DNA from: Catajapyx aquilonaris
Taxonomy: Eukaryota
Reading direction: 5' to 3'
NCBI GenBank assembly: GCA_000934665.2
Contig: KZ538064.1
Location: 1 to 64,000 of the forward strand
DNA: 64,000 bases
Positions 25,401-40,419 of the stretch are shown in pieces (the stretch's first letter is position 1; each line of letters opens with the position of its first letter). The notes below the pieces were generated by a model. That model was not told the origin of the DNA and did no database searches. It was given only the letters and a program-made list of their open reading frames with translations. The translations under genes were made by a program, and so were the position numbers.

Positions 25401-28400
25401 CAAGCGAGATAGGTTGTAATGGAATCGCTTCTGCCCTGGAATAAAACTATGATGTCACAGCCCTGCAAGGCGCGCCTCTTTAGATGCAGATCTCATTAAT
25501 GATATGATTTATTTCCCAAGATGTGACACTTGGCGAGAGAAGCACGACGCAGTGAAACGCAGTGAAAAGGAGAAAAAGGACTTACTGGAACGCAGCGTCA
25601 CCTCAACTTCCAAACTTGGGTCCCAACAACTACAACAATATGCAATTCTGCAGGCACACACCGAGTGTAAGTTTTTTTTTGTTGAAAATAACTGACATTC
25701 ACTGAAGCTTTCTATACACTGCACTGCAGCGAAATATTCAAAAGCTGACGTAAAATCAACATTTCCATATGAATTTTACAAAAAAAAAAAATCATAAAGA
25801 GTCCTGAATCGCATCTTAAAGCAGTTATGGTTTAATGCAGACCATTTCTCGCCTCAAATATTATGTATATACGTATAGGGTTCGAATTCCCTTTCCCCAG
25901 ATTTTACTCCCGGAATTTCTGAGCGTTGTGTTTAGCTTGAGTGCGTTTCACTGCACTCTGGAGGGAGCCGCTTATCTACTCAAGCGCGATGTCACAATTT
26001 TCTCCCAGGGTGTCACAGGAATGTAGTTCAGCGTAATTATGACTTCCATCACGCATACAGCCTGGAGAATAAAGCTCTCTCTCTCTCCCTACACTTCCAT
26101 GGTCGAGCCGAAAAAAATGTTGAACCATGACCTCAAATTGCGACTAACTGTAAGATATTGCCGTAACTGGGCATGTTGCATAACAGCTCAAGCTGATCTG
26201 AAAATGGCTCCTGTAGTTGTAAGTTAAAACAGGACCGCAGGTATATACAGCCTTTAGAGTCCCTGCCCCGTGCCAGCAGGCCGGGCTAAAACGAAGCTCA
26301 TAACAATCCATTTCCATCCTGAACAACCGTATTTACAAAATTTAAGGCCTCGCTGCAATACGTCTAAATTAAAGGAAGCATTCCCCGAGTAACGATGAGA
26401 AGTGAGTGTAATATCTGCCATGGCAGTGCGCAAAGACGAGGCCAATAACGTCACTCATTTGTCATGTACACCAAATAACTAGTAGTGCAGGTGACTCTTC
26501 ACGCCAACCGGATGGGCCTGGTTAATTACACGCAAGAAAAAGAGAGAAACGTTGCCCTTTTCACTATTATTTTCTAATTTTTTGTTTTCCTTTTGCCAGA
26601 CTGGAGAAGGTACGGTGCACACAAACAAAAAAAAAAGTTTTTCAGTTCTCTTCCAAGTCAGGCGGTGGCAAACTGCGGACCAGTTGTTGAAGTTTGAAAA
26701 GTAGATGCTCCGCACCTTCCAGCTAGACAAACGAGAGTTGAGGCGAAGATTTTCCGCAGTTGACATGCATTTTTGCCATCCAAACAAAAAAAGGGAAAGA
26801 AAGTTTTCTAACACTCAAGAAAAAGAACACCCAAAAAAATATTGCGACCCTCGCAGGCCAACGATTGACAATCCGATCATGTACAGTACACACCCGAAAA
26901 AATCTTCAACAGCTTTATTTTCCGGGACGTTCAATTGTAAGCGATTTACTTACTGCAAGACCCCCTATCTGCATGCCATTCTTCGCTCCTTTAATATAAT
27001 ATTTTTTGCGAGTCTGGCGCAAAAAGGAGTCCGTGTCGTTATCGGCAGTATAGGCTGGAGAATTATGGTTCCGCGATTGCAAAAGGAGCGTTGGGGTGAA
27101 AAAGGGGACGGGGAAATAAATATTGCAGAAGAAAGTGCAGATTAAAAATCGCAGGCTGTGGCAGGAACGACCCTTCCTTTATTGCACAGGTTTACTGGAA
27201 AGTTATGAGGCCTCCAATGATACGACTTACCGATCCGTCATGGGTGCCAAATATTATCAAACCTCCTACTTACTCCTGAAGGGTACATTGCGAAATGCTT
27301 AAAACATTACGAACAGTGAATCGCGAATCGCGATACTGTAAGACTTGCAATATATAAAAAAGGGGCGAGTGAGAAGCAGAAGACAAAGGAAAAGAGTGAG
27401 GAATTGCGACTGCCTTCCTGTCTCTTTCATTGTCATCAATTCTCCTGGCTTGTAACCCAATTTGCTTCACTTCTTACCCAAGCAAATGGGTGTGAGAGGC
27501 CTCGGTATTGAACCGAGGGAAAGGAGGTATAGGTGGAAAGGATAGTGGGGCAGATTCGCAATCTCGTTGCTTTTATTTCAGGCCTGCTGTATACTGCCTG
27601 CCAGAATGTTGCCTGAAGAAAACCAGGAGCGGAATGTACAGAGTGAAGTTGGGTGGAAACGTTGCACTTCAAGTGTCACAGGTTATGAGAGTCTACGCCT
27701 GAAGTAAACCGCTCAAATAAGTTTTTTTTACCATTGCAATAATGCACATTATTTTCCGCTATGTTCTTGTAAGTAACTGTTGAAAAAAATAGCCAGGAGT
27801 TAATTAGTTCATGATGTTACCATATTTGAGTGCAGGGAAAGAATTCGACAAAGTACACAGAGCACAACGTCCAGAGAATGAAGCCGTGCTGATTGCATTG
27901 TCAAATAGCAATTGGGTTGAGTAATATGCGGACGGGCAAAGAGGTCAATGGGAATATTTTCGACGGTTGGACGGTGCTAAACGCGGTCAATCAGGGCTAT
28001 TATGATTGATTTCCCCACTGAGGCATTGCCTTCAGGTAATGAAAAACTAGTCGCCGTCTGTCAAAACCGCCAGCATTTGTCACCATAACACTTGACGCCC
28101 GTTGACATCGGCCCGTCACTCTATACCCGGAATAAAAAAAGAGAGATCGGAAGCTCCCAGTGCAATGAAAATAATCGTAATGAACATGCAATTGTGCGCC
28201 GATGGGACTCTCCTGACCACTTATGAACCGCGCCTTTCTGCCTCAGTCCTTCAGAGACGGCCCTGAATAATTTATACCCGGATACCACAGCTTGAGACTC
28301 TCAGAGTCAGCACATCCTGTCTGTGCACACACTTTGAGGCAGGTGAATTAATCCTGGGGCAGGTCCTCACTCTTCAGAAGACCCACACAAAAAAAGAGGA

Positions 28401-31400
28401 GAATAAGAGGAATTGCAACATGGCGATGGTGATTGCCTGATCCTGTTTCTTGGCGTCTGAAACAGTAGCATCCATCCAATAACAAGGGAAGGGATTGGTC
28501 CTCTATCAATCGGAAATGGGAAGCCAAATTAAATGGGAAGGACTGTCTGGGTTAGATAAGGCCAATAAGAAATAGGGAGGCGTGAGATTAGATGCCATGG
28601 GGGTGGGGGAGGGTATAAGAGAGAGGAGAGGCAAGGTTAACCTCTGACCCTTCAAAACCCTTCTTCCGCCGGATGGAAATGGGTGCTGTTGCGAGTAAAG
28701 GATGAAGCGGAGGAAAAGAGAAAGAGAAGGGCTTGCGACTACCACCCAAACCAGGATTACATTGATTGGTTTTTTCTTCTTCGTCTTCTAGGATGGTGGA
28801 ATAGAAATTCTAGATAACAAGATTCTTTCGTTTCGTGCCGGATCCCACCACAATAGCAATTCCCAAAATGTCCATGGACCATCCTGGTTTCAAGCCGAAT
28901 ATAAAGTGCACCCTGCGTCCCACGAGAAGAAGAAGAAAAAAAATGGAAGGTGACTTTTTGGGGTGTTTCAAAAAATCATATCGAAATTCGCTCAAGTGTG
29001 ACAAATAAGATGAGTCAAGTGTGTCTTTTCTATGCAAATTCGTATTGACCTCCTTCAGACTGATCCGGCTCGACAGCTAATTCTACATATTGAAATTGAA
29101 CAGAGGATTGTGATGCGGCCAAATGTGTCACGATGCGGGCAAAATGGTTGTAGTTATTTTTCATTTAGGGGCGTCATACCGTTCAGGACGTAATGCCACT
29201 TCCGAAATAAATCTTTGGCCCGATTCAGACATTAACAAGTGCCTGTGTCTGCCATCGTTTCTCCGAATCGTGACAAACCTAGATTTATGGTCCCCTTTTG
29301 TCATGATTGTTCCCATTTCTTACCTCTCTCTAGGCAGCCCCTCCTTTATGTCTCCGTCAGTGTACGTTGTGTCGGCACCTCCCCAATATAGATTGGCCAA
29401 CTGCGCAGGAAATAATTACTGCATTACAATGACGTAATATCGGGCATGCGAACGCAAATTGCACTTTCACCAGGGAGAAGCAGAATGTTAATGTAATGTT
29501 CGGCCCCAATCCCTCCCCGTACGCTATCGAAAATCGACACAAATTACAGGGTGAAAGGAACGGGGTTCGTTACAATAAAATTGGCCAAACACGCCAGGAT
29601 TTTTTTTAAAAACAATCCAGTGCCCCGATAGGTTTCCCGTCAATTTTTTTTTTGTAGATGAACGAGCAGCGTTTTTTTTGTGGTCAGTTATGGAAAAATA
29701 ATCTAGGGCCATCAACTCTCCGATCCGTTTGAGCCAGCCTGGGTACATTTTGGCAGGGTAAATAAGCACAACGGGGTTGAATAAGCGCCGCACATGATTT
29801 TTCCGATCCTCTTTATTTCTTGGCCTGCTCTCCACTGAATCCCTTGTTGCCATCACATTGTTCATTCCCCCAACACACAAACTGCGGGATGTAATTTCAC
29901 CAGTCAAACTTGCTTACCGAGCACTAAAGTGATTTTCAACCCTCCCCCATCCTCGTCGGTTAATTAGGCCTCTTGTCCCAATATAAGACCGCCCCCCCAC
30001 TTCCCCAGCTCCTTTCCAAAAGACACAACAATGTCAACTTTTGTCTCCAGCCACAGCCAAAGAGTGCTGCCAAGTTACATCTGACACTACAATGCCCCAG
30101 TTAGTACTTGTCCCAAAACTTGAGGCCATTATGCGGCCCCCTGTGTCCTTTATGCATTAAGCCAAAACCTTCCTCCTCCTTCCCCAAGTCTAAATAGCAC
30201 GATGAACTTGAGGGAACAATACAAGGCCTCAAGGAACCACTGGCAGGTCACTTTCCGATTTTTGTTTTCGAAGGGTGTTGTTTTGGAGGCTTGGTTAAGT
30301 AGCGGGATGGTTAGGAGCTGAAGCCATCTTGAGAGGGGAGAGGATCAGTTTGTGTGTATCCGGAAGTCTCTCCGGTTTAATACGGGGGGAGGTTTCGCTG
30401 TCAAGTGCAGCCGCGGGCATAAACAAAGGAGAGGAAGTGTACCCAGAGGAGTTGCCCACATGCCATAGTTAGATTCACGGAGAGATCTCGAGATACAGGT
30501 TGGATAAGTCCCTCCTGCGAGTTGCGGGGTGGTTGCCACGGGCTCTAAACCCTTCTTCGGAAGGTTGAAACATATAGAACACTTTAAGGGGAGCGAAGTT
30601 GGGATGATGGAGGCCAATACTGTACGAGACTGGAACAGGTGTGGGCAGAAGTACAAAACTGTCATTCTCTATTATGTACTGTAATAAGCAGCTGAAAAAT
30701 TGTCCACTTAATTTATTTATCTCTATGTCAACCTGTGTTTCAGCTGTGTGTTTATCCGGCTTATTCATGAGAAGAGTTGACTTCGCAGGCCTATCACACA
30801 TCTGTAAATACTCTGCATGCACTTGTACTGATCCTGTCGTGAATACCACTGGAACAGTTAAATCCTGTCGCTGTGCCTGTTCGCACAGTGTAATGATGTG
30901 TAGTACAGATGACATCGGATTCAGTGAAGTACAGTGCACTCAATTGTGCGAGCCCAGCTCCCGTGACATTACATAACATATCAAGCAATTCCAGTCTGCG
31001 ATACTGCATTAAAATATTGATCACATTGTAGTAATGCATCGAAATGGATGGAGTCAATCATCACGCCCGAGAATAAGACAGGTTAAATCCGCAAATCCAA
31101 TTAAATTAAATGAGCAGCTGAAAGGCCATGAGAATTTCCAATCTTGGTTCAATTATCGGGTACTAGGCCTAAAGCCTCACAATGATTGGTGACCAGTAGG
31201 TAAATCCATTATATACGTGAAACAAACCTCGCTAATTGCGGGCCTCTAGGCAAAATTAGCGATAAGCCACACAAGCCCGTTACGTTTCCAAAATTCAATG
31301 AATAAGTTGTAAGAAACGCTCCACACACAGAGAGACCATAGTAATTACAGCGAATAAGGTATATGACGGACCCTGCATTTATATTGGAAACTTCTGATTA

Positions 31401-32714
31401 TTGGTTGATTGGTCCCGGGTGTTTTCTACATATTTGTAATCCACTTATACGCTATAAAAGTCGACTATATGGTATCTCTCCACGCAGCACACGCTTCGTC
31501 ACCAAAGAGCGAGCAGGCGAAAATAATTTAAGCCAACTTTCTTCTTCAAATTTTTTTTTACTTCAAAATTATCTCCTGGTTCAATCGGACAAAGTTTGCA
31601 ATAAGATATAGCCCCCCTCGGAGGTTGTTTGTGAAGCTTTGGAATTAAGGCTCGGAATTATAATGCCCGGAACGATATCCATCCCGTACAGTCCGCATCA
31701 AAGGCAAAAGCACCTTGAGAAAGAAAGATATAACTTATATAAAAAAAAGGAGAGAACCGAATGAATCGTAAATATTCTTGTCACATTCCTTTTGATGGGT
31801 CTCGGAGAAGGAAGAATCTAAGTGGAGTGTACAACACTGTGATCCGAAGGGGGTTAGTGTATATATGCACACTACTAAAGCAAGTCTCCGGCTGACGTAG
31901 CCCGGGTCTGTTGGGCGGAAGTCATCAGCCGAGAGCCTTGCTTGGCATCTCTTGGAAGTGCACGGAAACGGAAACCAAATCATGTAAATTATTCTCTTTG
32001 AAGGCAGAGGGGGGGGGGGGCGAACCTTTCACCCAGATGAAGGGGGGGTAAAGGAGGGGCCAAGATTGGGGTGGGAGGGAGAAAAAAAATGAGGGAATGA
32101 GTGAAGTGGCTACTGTACAGATTTTTTTTTTTGCAATTACCTGGTATCATTGGATCCGGATTTTCTTAGAGCCGATTAACTCAGAAACTTTGTCTAACTT
32201 AAAACGCTCCGTTAAAAATCAGTAGGCTTGTGGGTCATCTTATTGCAGAATTGGGTGGTGTGAACATTACATTCTTAAACCATCTCATGGGATGTTAAAT
32301 GCTAAGTGAATCTATAAATCAAAATTTGCGTTAAAGCGACATGTAACGAAACTGAGCGTTTAAAACCGTACAACTTTTCCTGAATTTCCTTCCCTTACCG
32401 AATAAGGAGGCCCGACAAGGGACTATTGGTTATGATTAACGTTGATTAGATTGGACCACGTTGTTAAAAGAGAACCGGGGCTTTTTGGAGGAAAGGCAGA
32501 GAGGGAGAGGAGGGGGCAGAAAGTTTGAGAAGGACGACCAACTTCACCGCCGCCGACCCACTTTCGGAATGAAAAATTAATGTACACAAAACTCAAGAGT
32601 GTTAACTTTTAATGCGGCTTCCAAGAGGTCTGGAGGCTCAAGCTGGCGCCAGGCTTAGGCCTGTTATCGCAAAAGGGACCCAAGTCCACACATCGGACGC
32701 AGCGGGGGTTTGTA

Positions 32715-32760
32715 CAGGGTGAGCCAGACCTCATTTATTTTGGGCATGTGAGTCACCCTG
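32715..32760. mobile_element. 46-bp minimal Tc1/mariner-type MITE
   Basis: TA|CAGGGTGA...TCACCCTG|TA: an 8-bp exact TIR with TA on both sides. Confidence 0.6.
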
Positions 32761-35700
32761 TACTGATACCATCGGAAGCTCAATCGGTGGAAAGATACGT
32801 CTTTTGGACCCCCCACTCTCACTGGATCGTAGAACTGTAAATATTTGCCGGCAGGAATTGGCCTAGGTCGAGTGCATATGTGGCTGTACAGGACCCCTAC
32901 CTACAGGCCCTAATGCATAGTCAGCGCATATCAAAGTTGTGCGGTGGGAAAATGCTGAAAGAGGCTTCGATTTCCGCTCGTAAACTGCATTCCCCGTTTT
33001 GCCGTTCAAAGGTTTTGCCGTGCCAGAGAAATCCATATGGAAACAGCATGGAAATAGAAGCGGGGCCGTTTCAGGTCTTTTCATCCCTCACTCTCTCTCA
33101 CTCTCTCACTAACCACACGCACACATGAGCATACACAGCCTCCCAAAACCGGCCTCTGTAATATCATACGTCGGGAGTATAGTGTTTTTTCCCCCAGAGA
33201 ATGGTTGATAAAATCCATATCATTCACCGCAATAATTAACACTTTGATTAGCACTCTGGTGACAGTTTAGTCCTGTGTGAGCCGGATCCTACCTGAATGG
33301 TGGCCTCCCTCTGAATGAGCCTAGCTTTTCGGCCCCGGAGAGAAGAACTCAACTGCGGGTAATTACCAGCGTCGCAAATTAAAACGTTGATTGAAAACAT
33401 CACTGGAGGAACTGCCGCCTGTGTTATTTGGCTGGAGGGATAATTCCATTTGCAGGAAAAGGCCGGATCTCTTTTGCTGGTTTTATACTGTAGGTGCTGT
33501 ACTTCTGCTGAATATTTTTTTATGGATGTTAATTCGTATGGTGTGGTAGGCTTGTGCGTTCACGGGAGCAAATAAATGCAGGTGGACCATTCCCGTGTGC
33601 GGCTGTACTGCGGGGGGGCCATCTATCCCGCAGGCCATTAGCGGTACCAAGCGCATTTAAATGTCCACAAGTGAAGTGTAAATAATAAATATTGTTTTAA
33701 AAACAGGGAGGGGGGAGAAAGACGAGCGGAATGGGCCTCAATTTGTATTTCAATTTTTTAAGATAATATTTACATCCGGTTAGGGGACTAAACGCGAAGG
33801 CCATATATACAGTATAGCAATATACCTTCATATATTTTAAAGCAATGAGCACATATGCGGTTTCAGGGGCACTTAAAATTTGTATACAGTAGCTCAAAAG
33901 CGGTAACAGCGATTAACTTTGAGCACAGATGTTTCCATTGTTACTTTTTAGTTGCTAAAATAATGGAAGCTGTCAACAGCCTTTTCCAGCAAACAGGATT
34001 AGTTCCCTTTGTAGTCAAGCCTTAATTATTTTCATTGGCGAAATCTGCACGTCAAAAGCTCGCAAAAGCATTACCATCGCAATCCGACAGTTTTCCGGCT
34101 CCCTTTTACCCAACCCTGCATACAATTATTACAAGTTAGCAAGTAGGTCTCCCACCCACGACCCGGTGGGAATCCCTGCAGCGCATTCTCCGGTACGAAA
34201 ACCGGGTGGCAGCGATTCTGCAAAATTATCGCACGCACCAATTGTGCGCAATCAGACCGTATCTGTTGCTTTCTTACTAATTAAAACTTAACACAGCAGA
34301 CGTAATTAGCCGCCGTGAGAGAGGCAGAGAGTTTGGAGAGAGATGGTGGAGGTGGGGGAGTCTAGGGGAGGGTGTAGGATGTAAAAAGGCGCAGGAGCCG
34401 TACTATTTTTCATTGGTGTAATTAGCAGAGCAGGAGAGACGGGCAAAGGGACAGTGTTAAATGGCCCCGCTCTCTTTGTTTGAAAAATGCCATCTGGGAA
34501 ATTGCCCCTACTAACAAAGTGGAAGGTAGAAAAGGAACTGGGGGTTTTCAGCATATAAGACCCGGCTTGAGAGCCACTTGCAAAACTTCTTTTTTTCTTC
34601 TTTTTCTTCTTCGCAACTGTTTGTTTTCAAGGCACTAAGGAGAAGAGGGCCCTCCCCGGGATTTCCAGGCAGGCTGATTCTGTCCGTTATTTTTCGCTTC
34701 CGGAGATGCTCTTCCGGAACAAAAGGAGTAGGGTAGGGTCTCTCGTGCCTGGGCGCAATTATTATTCCGGGCGAACAAAAACCGGGGCTAGATTTTCTCG
34801 TACTGCCTAGCTTTACGTGACGGAGATTACTAGGGATCCAGTAGCCGCTTCCCCTGCGATTTGGCATAAAAAAAACCCGTGAAGATTCGCATTACAGGCG
34901 ACATTTTCTTTATCCGGAGCGAAATTGAGTTAAAAGAGCACTGAATAATTTAAGTGCGCCCAAAGTGACAGGAGAAGCATGGAAAAAAATAAATGCCAAA
35001 TTAACTGTCAAATTTAATCTCGTCGCGTGCCACTGAGACATTAAACTCCTGGCAGGAAACCGGGCTCTGATTCGCGAATCACGAGGAGTTAGCTGGAGAG
35101 AGAGAAAAAAGGAGAGGTAACGGTGTAATGAAAATGTCTTTGGCATCGTGTAAATGGCCACATGTCACGTATATTAAGGGTTGGAATGGGGGGGGGGGGG
35201 TCATAATTAGTTTCTCATCGCACCGCTGTCACCTCCCTTGGCCCTCATTTTCATCATCCGGAAAAAAAAATTTGTTCAAAAAGGGCGCTAATTATAATTC
35301 CGCCAGCTGTGTTGTCGGACAAGCGACCTGTGCACATGACCACCTTTTCGCAATTCGCATGATTGCGAGTGAAGCCCCGCTAAATTTTTATTATTGGTTT
35401 GCACCTGTCAGGTAAGGGAAGCCCTAGATATGGAGGAGAACTAATCAGGTCTGAGTCCAGCAGGTGTAGGCTCCGATATTGGGTAGAAAAATTGGACTTT
35501 TTTTTTGTTTCATTAGCGTCAGATTGGTCGGCGGGTGAAACGTGGAGGACGAACAATATCACGCAGGATGGACGTACTCAAAGGACAAGGATTGGCAGCC
35601 CCTATGCGTTAGGTGGACCAGGAAAAGTTGGGTTTATTCAAATCAACCGGAAACGTGTCTGCTGACAGTGAGAGCAGAAAAGCAGTCAAACTTTACATAT

Positions 35701-36861
35701 TATGCTGTATTACAAAGCATATATTTACCTGGAATACAGTCGGAATATTTTCTTCAGGTATTGTACGGGTTCCGTAACTGTAACAATTTCCAATACTTTT
35801 CTTTGAAGGCTCGCTGAAAGTTTTGTATAATAATTAGTCACCGCACCAAATTCCCTGCGGTGGTATAATTATAAACGGATGAGTTTGTCCGCGTAACATT
35901 ATATTCGCCCTAGGATTCGCCAAAAATCTGCTGTTCTACAATATCCAAATACTTATTAATTAGTGTTGTAATGTTCAAGATACAGTACCGGGTATATTTC
36001 ATTACAATCATGGTATATTTCAATATACAGTACTTTCTGCTTTTCTCAGTCCTTGTAATAAGTAAAAAAAATATGCTAACATCAATACTTTTATACTTTT
36101 TACATGAAATTTCCAATATTTTGAAGAAGAAATCCCGAGCTGGCATCATTTTTCCACACTTGAGTTTGACTTCCAGGCTGCGCTTTATCCTGACTCTCCA
36201 GAGCTACCAACACGTCTCCTCTGTTCGCCGGGAAGAAGCACTCCCAGGATGAAAAGTCTCCGCTTGGAAATAATTCCATCAGGACTCCCTTGAATTTTGC
36301 AAAGATTTCGCAATCGACACGTTTTACAATCGTTGCATGTCGTCGACGGCCTGCGTCACGGCAATTAATTATTACGGAGCGAACCGTTTCCGCCGAAGAA
36401 ACTTCTCTCCGTGCGGAATTATAGCCCTGGTCGTACAGACTTCTTACCCAGGAGCTAGTCCTGTAATTACCTCCGAAAGTACTGCTAAAATAACCTCCAA
36501 CTTCCTGCGTGACAGTCAGAAGATCAGGACAGGAGGGGGGGAAAAATACCGAAGCTTAACGGATCATAAGTTTTGAAAGATCCTCTTGCAAGCCGATGCT
36601 CATGGCAGCATTTAGTGGTTCCTCTTTCCTCCTTTCTCTTTTTTTTGGTGGACATGGTAGGGCCATTTGGTCCTGGCCATCGCCGGAGCGATACTTCGAG
36701 GATGAGTCTTAAAAAGACAGCATCAAGTCCAATGACTCGAACCGATGGAGGCTCTTAGCCACTTTCTACAGTGTCGATAGTTGTTGTCCGGAGGTTGACG
36801 GGATCCCGATCGACCGCTGCTTTTTGTAAACTCTTTCTGGATACCACATTATTTCAGCTGA

Positions 36862-36876
36862 CAGGGTGTGTCATAA
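36862..36876 (+). repeat. Solo TIR-like end CAGGGTGTGTCATAA, identical to 16452-16466
   Basis: Exact 15-mer match. Both copies continue with a weakly similar ..ATC..AGCAT sequence. Confidence 0.4.
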
Positions 36877-38819
36877 AACACGAATCCTCAGCATAATGCA
36901 CTTTAATATATTAATGCTGATTATTTTGGTAACATTAAAAGTTTGTCTTAACTATTCGGAAATGTGGAATAGCCTATCTGAAGGTCACAATTCGTACATT
37001 TTCTCGAGGCTTGGAGCCTTCGTCTTAACTCGCGAGATGATGGCGGGGACTGGTATAAAAAAATATAGAGAGAGATAGAGAAAGAGAAAAGCGAAAATTG
37101 CAAAAGGCGGGAGTGAAATATTGTTTCCCTCCACTTTGGTCCAAACGTGCCTTGAAATCTTCATCAAGGTTTACTCCGGAAGCTGACCATATGGCCCATT
37201 GACAGTCATTGTATGAGCTATTTGGAATCATAGTCCGCGAAATCTTTCTCCCTGTGTGACCAAACTTTAGACGAATCCGGAATAACGGTCAGTTGACCCT
37301 TCCTCGATATTTTCTTTTTTTAAATTTATTTTTTTTCTTCCACCCACAGAGACTCGCCTAGATCATTTAGCATGCTCGGAACGCCGTAGCAGCAAAAGTG
37401 ACGGTTTGAAACTCAATCTTCTACTCAAATGACTCGCTTGGGGATCGAGTTTGCCTACCCTCATTGTCATGCACAACAGATCACCCAGAGATCTGCACCG
37501 TGGGAAACTTTTTTAACTCCCCCCCCCCTCTCTTTCCCCTCCAGCCTAGAATCACTTTCATCAACGATCCGGCGGCTCCCCGGCTAAACACAATTAAAAA
37601 GTTCTCCCTCATCGGATCATCTCTTTTTAAATGTTTCCAAATTGAATAACCAGCTGCTGGGAAACTGCGCCCTCTGGATGCACTTCTCTGGATCAATTCC
37701 GTCATGGAGATTGGCACTGATTGGGCAATGCTGTATCGCGACGTGGCTTCTACAATTCCCCCAACTCCAATGAGAAAAAAAACTGCACAACAAATGAGTT
37801 GACGAGGTTCTCCTGGGGTGTGCGTAATGTTGTAAGCCTGGACGTGATCAACAGCGACTGCAATCCAGGGAGTAAATCTCTCGAGAAAACATCACATGTA
37901 CAACCGGGCACAGGAACCAAGCTCCTTTTCACTAAAGGTTAAGGGATTGTGCAGAATTTTGACATCATTACCAGATCACTCCACAGGATTTTCTCTCCGA
38001 TTCCTGCTCAAGTGCGCGTCCAGCAAGGATCGAAGAATCACTCGGCTGAGCAGCCCCCGAATCACAAATCTCATTAGTCGGCCAGCAATGTAAATGAAAC
38101 TGTAACCTCTCCAGTCCTGTAAAGCGCCCATGAATGTATGTCCCCATGTTATTACCCTTGCTGGAATCCCCAAGTGACCAAAGGCCCCCCTGAGTTTCAC
38201 CCCCCAATGTAGGCCCTCGGAGAGATGGAAAGAGATGGGGAGGGATAGTGGTCTGTGGCCAGCCGGGCCAACCCGCCCAAATTAGTTTGGGGTGCGCCGG
38301 GCGCAAAGCACTATCAGTCCCAGTTCCCCTTAATAAACCTCTCGTTCGCCCAAAACGCATTCCGAACCCTCAGGCCCTGCTACTGTACATACATATCTTT
38401 CTCCCAGAGGCCTTTTCTTACCCTCCAAACATCTGGCACACCCTGTTGTATATGAATTATGCATGTTGGATGGACCTTATGGAAGCTGCGCTTTTTTGTG
38501 TGTGAATCCAAGCAGATGCGAAACATGGCCAAGTTAATGAAATTTGCAAAATGCTTAAGGCATCAGCCACAATCTGCACATTGCAATAGCTCAAAGTGTT
38601 CACTATAATTCATCATTTTTTCTTCTCTCTCCTTCGGTCCACCATCCAGCAGCATCAGCATGCAGAGGAGGCCAATCCCAAAAGAAGGGCTTGTCTGTCG
38701 TCAGTGGAGCTCAGCCGTGCAGCACGGGCCGGCTGTCAATCCAGATTCGGTCGCTCGAGTGACGACCCATTTGCTGCTCCTTATATACCGTATATATCCC
38801 TTCCTGCTATACCCTGCAG

Positions 38820-39014
38820 AGTATACGACAACCAAGCCAAGCCAGCAGACGACTCAGAAACAATTCCCAAACTGCCTGTTCCATCCATGAATTTCAGACA
38901 ACTGCTCGCTCTTTCACGGATCATCCGACAATGATATGCAACGGGCGACATACGCCCGGGAGCCCTGCAAATGTGAAGTATGTGATTGTTCCCAGAGTTT
39001 ATCTGACCCAGCAG
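38820..39014 (+). other. Candidate internal exon (195 nt, phase 0 open), product unknown
   Basis: Pyrimidine-rich acceptor TCCCTTCCTGCTATACCCTGCAG| and a consensus donor CAG|GTAAGT enclose 65 stop-free codons (SIRQPSQASRRLRNNSQTACSIHEFQ...NVKYVIVPRVYLTQQ). I recognise no domain. Confidence 0.2.
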
Positions 39015-40419
39015 GTAAGTCTGCACTATTTTTCTAAAAAAAACTACTACAGTAGTGAAGACACTTAAACTGCGATACATTTTATTTTAAGTGCAGGATG
39101 CTCACGTTTTTCCCCCCAGGCCCTCCCAAACATTCGTCCTTGTCCCGGTTTGTGTCCCAACTGCTGTTTCCATGCCGTCCATATATACAGTAACGGGAGT
39201 TAGTACCGAACCAGGTTTTACAGGGCAGTAGAACAAAAGCGGTCTGATCGTAATCACCTCACGTCATGACACCAGCGGATGAGGTGCTGACACGTGGCAG
39301 AATAAGGGGTTGGGTGGAAAGTTTGTCGAGTCACGAACCAATCGTAACACATCTTTTAACTGCCGTCCAAATAACAACGGTGTGCCAACAGCAAGCAAGA
39401 CTCTTTCTCCAAACAAAAAATAGTAGCTGCCCCCGCCATTTGGTCGGTTGTAAAGGCAGACATGTTATGTCCCGACGCCTCCAAACATCATTCCCATGCG
39501 CAAATTTTTTTAGCGTACGAAATGGCACAGTTATGGAGGTAGCTTGCACACAAAAAATTTGCACTAGAAATGGCGATGATTTACGTCTCCTTGAGAGACT
39601 GCAGAATATCGTCCCCCCGGTTTTTTATATACGGAGGAGAGAGGCGGAGGGGGAAGGGGCAGCCAGCGGGGGGAAGGAAGGGACGTCCGCCTCTTCAAAT
39701 ATGTCTCGGGTATAAATCAACCCAGGGCGTCTTCTTCTCCTCCTTCTTCCACGCAACATCTGCAATGCTTCCAAACGTCGCTGTCGTCTGGAAACGGCCT
39801 AAAGCTGCGCCTTTTAGCAATATTTACAACCACCGCAACTGCTCCAGATCAATGGAAAACTTTTTTGCTTCATTTTCGGCCTGGGAGAGGACCGCCGAGG
39901 AGAAAGAGTGAAGAAGAAGAAAAAAAATATATAGCCGACTACTTTACTACCTTAGCTTCTTCGATCTCCGCTTTATCGGAACGACGACTCCATTAGAAAC
40001 GTCATATAATTTTCATCCAGCGACTGCTTCAGGGCCAATCATTTTATTAAAAAACGATATGGCAGGAAGCCATGTTTATCTTTGCTTTCAAATGGCCCAC
40101 GATTCAGATATTAAAATCCGGAGTTAATGCCGTGTTCTGCTGCCATAAAAGGCAGGTCTGGTTTTCTGAGACAGATGTGAAGTGCACATTGTATAAGTTT
40201 CTTTCAAATCATTGAAACGTATGACCTAATTGTGTAGTAATGTACTGTACAACCATGCGGGATGTTATGCTACCAATGTATTGTACAAACATTTAAATCT
40301 CACCCGCTGTACTATATACTTCGGAATTAACATTGTAAAATTACACCATTGCAGTTGTTTGCTCTGGTTGGTAGAACCTTACAACTGTAACATAGTTACA
40401 CAAGTAAATACGTACGAAA

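Noticed and set aside
25878..25896. B-box-like GGGTTCGAATTCCC (and GGTTCGAGTC on the minus strand near 43471)
   Set aside because: No A-box, acceptor stem or cloverleaf nearby.
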